Virus record (IMG/VR): IMGVR_UViG_3300042923_000601
Coordinates: 182,690 to 246,689 of that record
Reading direction: 5' to 3' (one strand)
Length of the DNA: 64,000 nt
A model generated the notes under the pieces. It searched no databases. It saw nothing but the letters and a program-made list of their open reading frames with translations, and was not told where the DNA came from. Positions within the stretch are counted from its first letter, which is position 1, and each line of letters starts with the position of its first letter. A program made the position numbers and the translations under genes. Shown here piece after piece: positions 30,573 through 39,834 of this stretch.

Positions 30573-31721
30573 ATGTTCGATTTCTCTACAGCAGCTCCTG
30601 CTGCATCTGCACCTGTGGGTGAGCTGACATTCGAATCTTTCAACTGGGCATTCCCGGAAGAATTCAGCACTATCCTGCAGGAACAAACGTCCCGCATTGA
30701 GCGCACTGTCGGTGACTACCGCTCTGTAATGGCAGCTGTTCTGACTGAAAGCGCTGGCGCTATCAATGAGAACGTTGTTGCTGTCATGGAAGCAGCTAAC
30801 GAAGACGCTCCTAACAAAGTTATGGCCGCCCTTCAAAAGCTGAAAGCCATGATCATCAATCTGGCAAGAAACATCATGACTCGCATTCAGACTATGATTA
30901 CGAGCAATGAAAAAGCTCTTGCTCTGCGTGAAAAGGCTAAGGATTCCGGCGCTGTCGGTAAACTGAAAGCCGAAATGTACGACTACCATCTGGATGCTGT
31001 CAACCTTGACGCACTGGCTGGTAACTGGAGCATCATGTACAAAAACAGCCTGTACGATATCTCCAAACCATACAACGAAGGTAATGCCGCAGCTCTGGAT
31101 GCTGAAATCGCAAAAGTATCCGCTGCTAAGCATCAGGCTATCGTACATGTGGTTGCTGCGAAAGCAGTTAAAGGCACCCTGCCTGAAGGCGACTTCTCCA
31201 AAGAAGTAGCAAAACAACTTCGTGGCGGCGGTGAACGCAAATCCGTAACGTTCGACATGCACTACTTCGACGTTCTGGAACAGTTCCCTAAAATTAAAGA
31301 ATCCATCCAGAAAGCTTTCACCGCAATGGAGAAAGAAGTTGACCTGGCAATGGGTATCGTTAAAGAGAAACTGGGCCAGGTGAAGAAGGATGCCAAAACA
31401 CCGGAAGAGAAGAAACATGCAAGCGGCTATGCTGCATATGCAATTGCGACTCGCAAAGTTCTCTCCGCTGGTCTGGATGGCGCAGTTCTCCTGAACAACC
31501 TGAAACTGCAAGCTGCGGTTCAACAGGCAAACGAAGCTAAAGCATTCATCGTGAAAGCTGCTAACTTCAAAGCCGGTAAAGCTGAAGAAGGTTCGCTGCA
31601 GGAAAGCGTAATCGAGCCATTCCTGCCATACCTGGACCTGCCTGACAATGATGACACTTCCATCAGCGCCATTGCTGGCCTGAACGAAAGTGCAGCAGCA
31701 AAAACACCATTCGCTTGGTAA
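30573..31721 (+). CDS. abundant internal head protein (paralog family)
   Basis: Strong codon bias; LTES, INEN, VMEA, C-terminal LQES/LNES; own AACA-N5-TA motif (30528..30538) and terminator. Confidence 0.7.
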   Translation: MFDFSTAAPAASAPVGELTFESFNWAFPEEFSTILQEQTSRIERTVGDYRSVMAAVLTESAGAINENVVAVMEAANEDAPNKVMAALQKLKAMIINLARNIMTRIQTMITSNEKALALREKAKDSGAVGKLKAEMYDYHLDAVNLDALAGNWSIMYKNSLYDISKPYNEGNAAALDAEIAKVSAAKHQAIVHVVAAKAVKGTLPEGDFSKEVAKQLRGGGERKSVTFDMHYFDVLEQFPKIKESIQKAFTAMEKEVDLAMGIVKEKLGQVKKDAKTPEEKKHASGYAAYAIATRKVLSAGLDGAVLLNNLKLQAAVQQANEAKAFIVKAANFKAGKAEEGSLQESVIEPFLPYLDLPDNDDTSISAIAGLNESAAAKTPFAW

Positions 31722-31739
31722 TCCATCCGCTGTAAATAG

Positions 31740-31767
31740 CACACTGCCCTCCGGGGCAGTGTGTTTT
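31740..31767 (+). terminator. intrinsic terminator
   Basis: cacactgccc..gggcagtgtg + tttt. Confidence 0.8.
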
Positions 31768-31787
31768 AACACGTTTAGCATTCAGGA

Positions 31788-31799
31788 AACAGTCCATTA
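31788..31799 (+). promoter_or_regulatory. late-type promoter motif AACA-N6-TA
   Basis: aaca-gtccat-ta. Confidence 0.6.
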
Positions 31800-31823
31800 A
31801 TACTAGAAGGGAGGCATCGGACC

Positions 31824-32783
31824 ATGTTCGCAGAATATTCAGAACCCACATGGGTATGGGAATCAATAGACGTCTCATCTCTCATAGCGGAAGCCTTTGA
31901 ATCACACGACGAACAGTTCCAGTGTTTTATGGAAACTGCTAATGTTTCAATTATGTATGAGACTTCTTCCATCACCACTCGCTTTACTCAAATTATTGAA
32001 GGTGTTATTCGCCTCATTCGAAAAGCGATTGCACAGTTTATCGCGGGTCTGGATGTTGCCGTCCGGCGAACGGAGGCGCTGATACGAAAATACGAGCCTC
32101 AAATTAAGGCTTTGACTGATGATGATTTAGCAGGTATGGAGTATGACAATGTGACGTATACCATATACCCTGCTGTGCCTGGTGATGTTGACCTGTCTAT
32201 CATCGACTGGGCGTTAAAACAGATGTCATCTGTTATTACCCGAGATACCATGACAACGATCAGGGAACGGGTTGATGCTAAAGTGCCATTTATCCGTGGG
32301 CAGATGATGGGTAAATCCTCACCTGTATCCGAGGTTCAAATTGACAGTACGGTCAAAACCTTATTCAAGAATCCTAGGTTGGTCACTGAAATACCGTTAA
32401 CCAAAGAGGTTCTGGATCGGTTAGTATCCGACCTTAAGATGTATTCCACGGTTCGTTCATCAGTTGAACGTAACGGTGAGGAAGCAGCCAAAACGCTGTC
32501 GAAGTATAAAAAGCTTATTAATTCTATCTACTCTGAGCAGTATACACCTGATGAAAACAAACTGAAGGTGACTGTAAACGGAGTAACATCCGAGGCATCA
32601 GCAAACGGGGCTGTATATCACCGGGAGGCTCAGATGTACTTGACTAACGTGGTACTGGAACTCACATCCTTGTACTCAACTTTAATCAACGAGAAACTTA
32701 TTGCGTTAAAAGATAAGTTTGAGCATGATCAATTAATGCTCAGAGCAGTTATTGTTCTTATTCAAGATGGAGGGAGAAAGTAG
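31824..32783 (+). CDS. internal head paralog-family protein
   Basis: VWES, IAEA, MYET; IIEGVIRLIRKAI helix. Confidence 0.6.
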   Translation: MFAEYSEPTWVWESIDVSSLIAEAFESHDEQFQCFMETANVSIMYETSSITTRFTQIIEGVIRLIRKAIAQFIAGLDVAVRRTEALIRKYEPQIKALTDDDLAGMEYDNVTYTIYPAVPGDVDLSIIDWALKQMSSVITRDTMTTIRERVDAKVPFIRGQMMGKSSPVSEVQIDSTVKTLFKNPRLVTEIPLTKEVLDRLVSDLKMYSTVRSSVERNGEEAAKTLSKYKKLINSIYSEQYTPDENKLKVTVNGVTSEASANGAVYHREAQMYLTNVVLELTSLYSTLINEKLIALKDKFEHDQLMLRAVIVLIQDGGRK

Positions 32784-32785
32784 CT

Positions 32786-33451
32786 ATGTTTAATGACATA
32801 ATTACACCTGAGGCCAAGTATCCTGTATTTGTAATTATGAGCCACAGTGGTTCGCTTGTATCGACTGTTATCCGCCGGGTTACAGGCCAACCATACAGCC
32901 ATGCCTCTGTGTCATTTGACCCGTCTCTTAAAGGGATGTATAGCTTTGGGTCGGGGAAACTATCAAGAGTCAACTACATTGTAGGCGGATTTGCCAAAGA
33001 AAACTTCAAAGACTTCAAGTTGTTTGATCCGGAGACTACGTATTCAATGTACGTTGCCTTTGTTGATCGTTATGCTAAAGACGCAATGATTAGCCGACTT
33101 GAAGAAATCACTGCGGCTAACGCTACACGGGAACTCAAGTACAACTTCATTGGACTTTTATATAATGCATTCGGTAAGGTACACGACAGAGGCGATGTGT
33201 ATTTCTGCTCACAGTTTGTTGATACCATTTTGAAAGCCGGAGACATTGGGTTCAAGAAACACTCCTCGCTGGTTAGACCTGCCGACTTCCGTAACTTGAA
33301 GGGATTTCAGTTTGTTACTAAAGGGTTATCGGCGAATTATGATGAGGTTAAGGTTAGAAATAAAGTCCAGGCTATTTCGGAGAAAGAAAACATCACGCCG
33401 TTGTACGAATCCACTATGCCAGCGAATGGCGGGTTCTTCGAATTGATCTAG
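32786..33451 (+). CDS. permuted papain-like (NlpC/P60, YiiX/YaeF C92-type) enzyme
   Basis: YSHASVSFD (His) precedes YNFIGL..YFCSQFV (Cys), the permuted order. Confidence 0.75.
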   Translation: MFNDIITPEAKYPVFVIMSHSGSLVSTVIRRVTGQPYSHASVSFDPSLKGMYSFGSGKLSRVNYIVGGFAKENFKDFKLFDPETTYSMYVAFVDRYAKDAMISRLEEITAANATRELKYNFIGLLYNAFGKVHDRGDVYFCSQFVDTILKAGDIGFKKHSSLVRPADFRNLKGFQFVTKGLSANYDEVKVRNKVQAISEKENITPLYESTMPANGGFFELI

Positions 33452-33460
33452 CCAAAACGC

Positions 33461-33491
33461 AAAAAAAAAACGACCAGCTAGATGCTGGTCG
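33461..33491 (-). terminator. terminator of the HNH gene
   Basis: cgaccagc..gctggtcg hairpin with A10 on the plus strand (U-tract on the minus strand). Confidence 0.7.
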
Positions 33492-34371
33492 TCGTAGTAA
33501 ACTGGTATTGGGTGTAGGTATGTCCCCAATATTTTAATTCTGCATCTTGACGCGCTCGCACTGCATCTTCTAAAGAATCGTATATGCCGACCTTAGTCAG
33601 CTTAGTGTTCTTATCAACGAAGATACCAACGAGATACGTGCCACCTGGGCGTTCGTATACCCCGGCATACCCAGTTTTACTACGGGTAGCTCTCCTATTA
33701 CGCCCCTGTTCTTGACGTGTTGCCCATACACAATTATCTTTACTATAGTTACCGTTAACATCAAGCCTATCAATCGTGTGATAGCTAGATGGGCGATCCC
33801 CCATGTCACGAATAAAGTCGTCAAATGATTCCCACTCAACACGAATGCCGCGCCCGCCGTAGTACTCATAATCCAAACACTTAGGGTTATTACAACGGTA
33901 ATTAATGGCGTTCCATGTTTTCAGTTCAGGTGTTCTGATGTATTTCCCGTATTGAGATTTCTTCGAGCATCCGCATGTTTTAACAGTACCGGATACTAAT
34001 GAACCACTCGGTACGACAACGATTTCACCGCAGTCACATATGCACTGCCACAAGGCGGCTCCTTTTTTATTTTGACCAACCATCTCAATGACTGTCAGGC
34101 TGTTAAATTTGCGACCGGTGTAATCCTTGATGCGGATGCATCCGCATGATTTAGTATGTCCTATTCGGAACATTACACCCGATACTTCAATCATATTGCC
34201 GCATATGCATCTTGCATACCACATGTGACGGTCTTTCCTTTTACGCGAATAGCCTATAATCGTAAGCTTTTCAAGTTTATGTCCTTTGATATTTTGCATT
34301 TGGCGATATTTTGCAACAGCTCTACTCGTCCTTTCCTCAAGGTAGGACTCTTTAAATGCAAGATTCAACAT
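33478..34371 (-). mobile_element. free-standing HNH-AP2-type homing endonuclease gene
   Basis: Two W.C.C.CG..SCGC-type repeats; RC.NP..YYGGRGI.V.W; TIDRLDVNGNYSKDNCVWAT..Q.RN; C-terminal AP2-like domain; antisense insertion in the head cluster. Confidence 0.85.
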
Positions 34372-34393
34372 GATGCCACCCCTTTATAATGGT

Positions 34394-34413
34394 ATTCATG
34401 TGCATGATATGTA
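34394..34413 (-). promoter_or_regulatory. early-type promoter variant for the HNH gene
   Basis: minus strand tacatatcatgcacatgaat. Confidence 0.45.
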
Positions 34414-34458
34414 CCTCTATTTTATTACAATGACAAGTTATAAAGGAGATGAAGAATT

Positions 34459-35211
34459 ATGTTTAGAGAGTTAATTAGAGAAGCTGTGTCTGATCCGAAT
34501 AATTTCAATCAAGATGGTAAGATCGCTGCACTTGAGAATGAATTTGGGCATGATCCAGTTGCGTTGGCGGTAAGCTATTCTATTGCTACCAGCCATGAAT
34601 ACTCTACACCTAACGTTGCAGCTGCTATTGCGTTCGTTAAGGATTATGACTGGGAGCAAAGTAGCTGGCGGGTTGACGGCTTGCAAGGCATTAACAAGCC
34701 AATTAATGAAGCTAAGGTCAAAGAGATTGCAAATACGATCAGGGAAAAAGGAAACGACTTCCCGTTGGTTACCGTTGATAAGTTCCATGGTATCACACCC
34801 CAGACACCGGGCAAGCTTTTGCTTATGGATGGTCATCACCGGCAGCACGGTCTTGAGGAAGTTGGCCATGAAACCACCCCAATATATAAGGGAACCTATA
34901 AAGGCCATGACCGGTTGAATGAATCCAGTGATATCGTACTGGAAGCCTTCTTCGGTAAGGGCGAAGTTGCAACTAAACTGCGGTACCTCAATGAGGCCGC
35001 TAAACGGAAGAAAACGATCGAAAAACTCCCGTTGTCTGAGGAGGAGCAGGCTGCAGTGACAGCAAAATATGGACAGCCCGAGTGCAGTTTTCATAAGAAT
35101 GCTGCGACCGGCAAGTACTTCTGTATGACACACAGATATAAGTCAGACGAATTCGATTCGCCGACTGACATCCCAGTTTCTGATGTACAGTTTGTATCCA
35201 GTACATCCTGA
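34459..35211 (+). CDS. ParB/Srx-like domain protein with head-type leader
   Basis: KVKEIANTI..PLVTV..LLMDGHHR; MFRELIREA leader; LNES/VLEA/LNEA before a small C-terminal domain. Confidence 0.7.
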   Translation: MFRELIREAVSDPNNFNQDGKIAALENEFGHDPVALAVSYSIATSHEYSTPNVAAAIAFVKDYDWEQSSWRVDGLQGINKPINEAKVKEIANTIREKGNDFPLVTVDKFHGITPQTPGKLLLMDGHHRQHGLEEVGHETTPIYKGTYKGHDRLNESSDIVLEAFFGKGEVATKLRYLNEAAKRKKTIEKLPLSEEEQAAVTAKYGQPECSFHKNAATGKYFCMTHRYKSDEFDSPTDIPVSDVQFVSSTS

Positions 35212-35225
35212 TAGGAGTGAATCAC

Positions 35226-36185
35226 ATGATAACGATATATGAGTCGTATGAAATTGAATCTGCCCGCCGTGCGATCATGTACGAGGCCAGTATTCTTACA
35301 ATGAAATCATCGCTCCTTGAGGCTGCCATCACTGCACAACAGCGTGATCTGCTGACAGAGGAGACCCAAGAATCACGAAATCGGTTAGCCGAAGCCGTTC
35401 AACGAATGATCGAGGCGATCCGTAAGCTTACTCAAAAGTTCCAGCACATTGCAGCTACGATGGTGGCTCGCAATGAAAAGTGGCTGGCATCGGTAAAGAC
35501 TAATATCTCTCCGGAGACAATCCGGGATAACTACTCCTTTACGATGTATCCATACTGGACAAATATCCGCGAGGCTGCGACGATGTCTATCCCGTCTTTC
35601 CGGGAGTCAGATTCCACTCTGCTGGATACGCTTCGCGATGCGACTTCTTTTAAAGAGACGTATTTCAAGAAGCTCTTTGTGAATAGCAAGGAAGGTGGCA
35701 CTAGCTTTGATCCCAAGGGGTATTTCCGGGGCGGGGCTGATAAGGTTAACCTTGATAAGCGAGGATTGATCAGTCGCCACACCCAAATGCTATCCTTCAT
35801 TGAGGGGTATGCGGAGACTGTGAAGCGAGTGACCGAGTCTAATAAGCAAATCATGGAGATTCTGGAGCAGGCTTCGATTAAAATTAAATCGGCTCCTCTG
35901 CAGGAATCCAACTTCTTACTTGAAACGGTCATGATGATCCTTGAGGATGGTAAACCTGTTACATCAGGTGAGGTTGAACGAGACAACCCGGATGATAAGG
36001 ACAAGAAGACCGGTTCAAATGGAATATCCGCAAGAGAACTCGCCACAACACGCCAGACATATGGGCAGGTATGCTACGGTGTAAACGCTGCTCGTATGAT
36101 GATCTTGGAAGAGTGCTATGACAACTATGTCAAGGCACTATCTATGGCGCTTGTGAATAAGGTAAAAACAAAAAAACAAGACTAA
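35226..36185 (+). CDS. internal head paralog-family protein
   Basis: IYES, MYEA, LLEA, LQES; AVQRMIEAIRKL helix. Confidence 0.65.
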   Translation: MITIYESYEIESARRAIMYEASILTMKSSLLEAAITAQQRDLLTEETQESRNRLAEAVQRMIEAIRKLTQKFQHIAATMVARNEKWLASVKTNISPETIRDNYSFTMYPYWTNIREAATMSIPSFRESDSTLLDTLRDATSFKETYFKKLFVNSKEGGTSFDPKGYFRGGADKVNLDKRGLISRHTQMLSFIEGYAETVKRVTESNKQIMEILEQASIKIKSAPLQESNFLLETVMMILEDGKPVTSGEVERDNPDDKDKKTGSNGISARELATTRQTYGQVCYGVNAARMMILEECYDNYVKALSMALVNKVKTKKQD

Positions 36186-36209
36186 GAGGGATTTCCCTCT
36201 TAGTCTTTT
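36171..36209. terminator. bidirectional terminator
   Basis: aagactaagaggg-attt-ccctcttagtctt. Confidence 0.8.
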
Positions 36210-36210
36210 C

Positions 36211-37431
36211 TTATGGTATTTTTATGAACAGTGTACTTGCCCGAAGCGAGAATGCAGAATTCTCAGTTTTCAGGAATATCAAGTGCGCTTCATGGATGCG
36301 GTATTTACCGTTTATCGGATTTAGTTTTTGGAACTTTGCATGAGCATTGATATTGTAGAGTAGGTTTGGTGCAATAGTATCAATGTCAACGTCGAGGAGG
36401 TTGATACCTACCCGATAACGCGCTTCCTTAGAGGCATACTGCAGCTGCTTAGGAACCTTGTTATTGTATACTTGAACCATCTTTTGCATCGCACCATCGT
36501 CGCCTGGGTTCGAGAATACATTCCCGTCAGCATCTACCGCCACGATGTTAGTACCGTCGATGTATTCCCCATGCGTTGCATTCCGGTCAATGATAGGCGA
36601 ACCTGTGATATTAACAATGATCGTTTCATTATCCTTGTAAGAGCCGACGGTTGCCGATTCAGCAGATGCGTATTCTTCCAAGAACATGTTAACCGTGGTT
36701 GGTTTCCCGGCTCTCACAGCCTTACCGGGAGATGATCGGTCCAGTAGATAGTTTTCGTTAATATCCATGTAGAAGATATGCTCTGCATTATAGATACCAT
36801 ATCCAGCGTTTAGATATGACAGTGAATACAGCAGGTTATACGCCGGAATAATGATATTCTGCGCAGCATCACCCGGGATTTTACTCATTAAAAGTGAGCC
36901 GAACCCTCTACTGGAAAACATGTACGCGATCGTTGATGCGATCGTCGTTCCGTTAACAGACACCGACTTTACTTTTTTGTAATTGGTGAGCTTTGTGTTG
37001 TCCATTAAGTAAATCGTAGCATCCATTAACTGCTGAGTGGATGCCCCGTTGATCGTACCGTCGGTGTTATCGGTATCCCCATACATTGCACGGAGTTCAC
37101 TATGCTGCATGTCACTCTCAACCAATATGGAGAATACCTTGGAGAACACCAACTCTTTTGCCTTGATATCAGAGTTATTGATGTATTTATGGATGGAGAC
37201 CTGCATTGTAATCTTGTCAGCACTGGTGGAGAGAAGGCCGTATAACTCCTTCTCCACACCTGCCGTCAGGGTAATGAGCGGAATGATGTTCGTGTCGTAC
37301 TTGTGAAGGATACTGAGTCCTTTAACATGCTCAGCCTGTATGGTGTAGCTGTCGGATGACCCCTTAACCATTACAGCAATGTCCGATATAGAATACCGGA
37401 ACTCGTTTAGTTCTTCTACAGGGCGTAGCAT
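36211..37431 (-). CDS. putative virion (baseplate hub-like) protein
   Basis: 406-aa beta-rich ORF ending GKYRI..F.K; AAGGAGG RBS. Confidence 0.45.
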   Translation of the reverse strand: MLRPVEELNEFRYSISDIAVMVKGSSDSYTIQAEHVKGLSILHKYDTNIIPLITLTAGVEKELYGLLSTSADKITMQVSIHKYINNSDIKAKELVFSKVFSILVESDMQHSELRAMYGDTDNTDGTINGASTQQLMDATIYLMDNTKLTNYKKVKSVSVNGTTIASTIAYMFSSRGFGSLLMSKIPGDAAQNIIIPAYNLLYSLSYLNAGYGIYNAEHIFYMDINENYLLDRSSPGKAVRAGKPTTVNMFLEEYASAESATVGSYKDNETIIVNITGSPIIDRNATHGEYIDGTNIVAVDADGNVFSNPGDDGAMQKMVQVYNNKVPKQLQYASKEARYRVGINLLDVDIDTIAPNLLYNINAHAKFQKLNPINGKYRIHEAHLIFLKTENSAFSLRASTLFIKIP

Positions 37432-37444
37432 TATTCAGCCTCCT

Positions 37445-38518
37445 TTACCATGAGAAAGTATCAATCCGGTTTATACCGCGAGATAGCTCCTCTAACATCA
37501 GGGAATCTTCTCCGGTGTAATACTGATTGTTTAAGTCAATAAGGTCTTTACGGTTATATCGGTCACGGATGTTATCGGACAATGCCTCTTTCTGAGCGAG
37601 CGTCAGTTCATTAAGCTGGAACTGAAGGTCAATTGCTTTGAACGTGTTAATCAGAAGCTCCTGATCAGGGCCATTGTAGATATCATCCAGTATGTTTCGG
37701 ATATTCGTACGCTTGGGTGCTATCAAATTCCGATTGATTGCACTGTCTAAGAGCTTAAGGGATTTAGCAAAGCCATAACCCTGCAGCCCCGTGATATCCC
37801 GAGACTTCACACCTGCAAATGTAGATACGGTTGATAGCATCTCAGGTGGTACATAAGATGGGCGGAATGTGTTTCTGCCCAGAAGATAGTCATAGACGTT
37901 GTCCTGACAGATTAAACACGACTCGTCCCTCTGAAGACGCAAGATGTTCACATCCCGGTCTACGTTAACCAGCTGGAACCAGTGTTCATCCTTGGTAATA
38001 ACAAGGTCTGGAGTATTCGGATATTTGACCATCATATAGCTTGCAGCCACTACCGGCTCCACATTCCCTGTAGGGATGTAATATACCCCAGTAATATACG
38101 GTACGATGATTTCACACAGCTTAAGATTTCGCGCAATGGCCGTGTTCGTAGTGTAGTATTCAGCATTATTGTCCCCATATTTACCAAAGAACTTATGACC
38201 GTAATCAGGCATGTATGAGGTCTGATTTCGAGGCGCTTGATTCCCAAAGTACAGGAAGATACGCGTTGATGTATTATAATTACTTTGGAAAAAAAGACGG
38301 TAATGGGCAGCGAGGTTGATGATACATGACGAGATAACCATATCCTCGTCATCATCAAGCCACCCCATCTCTGATAACCGATCACCCTTATAAAACTCCG
38401 ATAGGACAGAGTTAAGGTCGATATGAAGATTAATTACTGGTACTCCTCGGTACCCATCCAATACCTCTTTGAGTACCGAGAATTTGATTCGATGCATTGT
38501 AATAAGTCTACCAATCAC
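37445..38518 (-). CDS. 5'-3' exonuclease / flap endonuclease (PIN + H3TH)-like protein
   Basis: HIDLNS; ITKDEHWFQL; DITGLQGYGFAKSLKLL helix-hairpin motif. Confidence 0.65.
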   Translation of the reverse strand: MIGRLITMHRIKFSVLKEVLDGYRGVPVINLHIDLNSVLSEFYKGDRLSEMGWLDDDEDMVISSCIINLAAHYRLFFQSNYNTSTRIFLYFGNQAPRNQTSYMPDYGHKFFGKYGDNNAEYYTTNTAIARNLKLCEIIVPYITGVYYIPTGNVEPVVAASYMMVKYPNTPDLVITKDEHWFQLVNVDRDVNILRLQRDESCLICQDNVYDYLLGRNTFRPSYVPPEMLSTVSTFAGVKSRDITGLQGYGFAKSLKLLDSAINRNLIAPKRTNIRNILDDIYNGPDQELLINTFKAIDLQFQLNELTLAQKEALSDNIRDRYNRKDLIDLNNQYYTGEDSLMLEELSRGINRIDTFSW

Positions 38519-38521
38519 AGA

Positions 38522-38929
38522 TTAGTCCTCCCTTGAGATAGGATATAACTTAATACCACCAGCCTCACCGCGTGTATAGTCGCCGTACCCATGCGGATCG
38601 TCTTCTTCATCCATTTCTTGCATCATTCGAGTGATGTCAACCGGCTTACGCTCAATAGGAGTGTTCTCTTTAATGAGACGTGCAGCCACTTCTCTGTCGT
38701 ACTTGACGTCAGGATCACTAAGCAAAGCGTAAACAAGCGCCTCCGTTTCATCAGGAGTGAGGCCAATTCCTTTGAGAAGTGTCTTGTCTACGGTGTTATA
38801 CTGCCGGATGTTGAGCGTCTCCTCGCCGTCGTTCCAAGTAGCAAAGGCTACCGCTTTAACCTCATTACGGCTATTCGGGTCGTTAAGCTCTGCTACAACT
38901 TTACGTATGTCACATTTAATTTTTCCCAT
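38522..38929 (-). CDS. PC4/YdbC-family ssDNA-binding protein
   Basis: WND....NIRQY....KGIGLT.DE pattern. Confidence 0.75.
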   Translation of the reverse strand: MGKIKCDIRKVVAELNDPNSRNEVKAVAFATWNDGEETLNIRQYNTVDKTLLKGIGLTPDETEALVYALLSDPDVKYDREVAARLIKENTPIERKPVDITRMMQEMDEEDDPHGYGDYTRGEAGGIKLYPISRED

Positions 38930-38960
38930 GGAATTTCCTCCTAAGTATATTATACCTTAA

Positions 38961-38972
38961 TAAGAAGTTGTT
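38961..38972 (-). promoter_or_regulatory. late-type promoter motif AACA-N6-TA
   Basis: minus strand aaca-acttct-ta. Confidence 0.55.
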
Positions 38973-39027
38973 TAAAATACAAAAAATAAGACCGTCCCTG
39001 TAAAAAGAGACGGTCTGTAATGAGTTC

Positions 39028-39741
39028 TTAGGCTTCCTTTGTGCTTTGGTCGCCGTTGAACAACTGTTTAAGATAAGTCACAGGTAAATGGTCATCAGGT
39101 AACTTATACAGTTCCAGTGGTAGTATGCGATTATAGAATAGCAGGAATGCCTCAGCCGCATCATCGACACCATACGGTGTGTGATCTACCATCCTATGCA
39201 CTCGGAGCATTAGAACGGATATTGAGCCGGATTTGATCTTAAGATGCTCTATGAACTTGGTGAGGATTAACCGGCGGTGGTCTTTACCTTCATCCGGTAA
39301 AATAGCCGATATTGTGAGATTAAGTATTGGGTAGTACAGGCGCATGAACAGTGCAAGTTCACGTATACCTTCTTCGATCGAACTAGAATCCATTGGGTGG
39401 ATAGGGGCATTGAGAACCCGGCGGATATAATAATCCGTCTCCGGATCAGCTAAGATGTTATCAAATAGCTTCTGGATATCGGCTGCTTCTCTGCCGAACA
39501 AAGTGACAAATCGATTGATCTTGTCAAGGGTAGCAGTGACGTACTTGAAGAACCTAGGAAGCTCAACCCACTCTACGTCGTAGTCCTTTTCTTCAGTATC
39601 CAGTGCGAACTGAAACATGGTATGTTTGAGGAACATCTTGTCCAGCCCGGGAAAAACGTTACTTTTGCCCAGCTCAGAGTCAGCCCAAATAGCCACCCAT
39701 CCCTTTTCTAATCCACTATGAAGCGCGTATCTTTTTTGCAT
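39028..39741 (-). CDS. divergent truncated paralog of the sigma-like RNAP subunit (putative)
   Basis: KGWVAIWADSELG / YDVEWVEL / LFMRLYYPIL colinear with motifs of 61947..63452. Confidence 0.4.
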   Translation of the reverse strand: MQKRYALHSGLEKGWVAIWADSELGKSNVFPGLDKMFLKHTMFQFALDTEEKDYDVEWVELPRFFKYVTATLDKINRFVTLFGREAADIQKLFDNILADPETDYYIRRVLNAPIHPMDSSSIEEGIRELALFMRLYYPILNLTISAILPDEGKDHRRLILTKFIEHLKIKSGSISVLMLRVHRMVDHTPYGVDDAAEAFLLFYNRILPLELYKLPDDHLPVTYLKQLFNGDQSTKEA

Positions 39742-39770
39742 TGTAAATACCTCCTTAATATAGTCAATCA

Positions 39771-39790
39771 GTTCATGGATATAATATGTA
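39771..39790 (-). promoter_or_regulatory. early-type promoter motif
   Basis: minus strand tacatattatatccatgaac. Confidence 0.65.
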
Positions 39791-39834
39791 GCCCAATTAA
39801 TGTCCTTTTACGTTTACAAAAAATAAACCCGCCA

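Noticed and set aside
30375-31781. 468-aa minus-strand ORF
   Set aside because: Antisense shadow of a strongly codon-biased head gene; no RBS and an unnatural Phe/Cys-rich composition
38944-38954. Plus-strand tatattata resembling the early promoter
   Set aside because: Incomplete motif lying in the leader of a minus-strand gene and pointing into a terminator with no downstream gene
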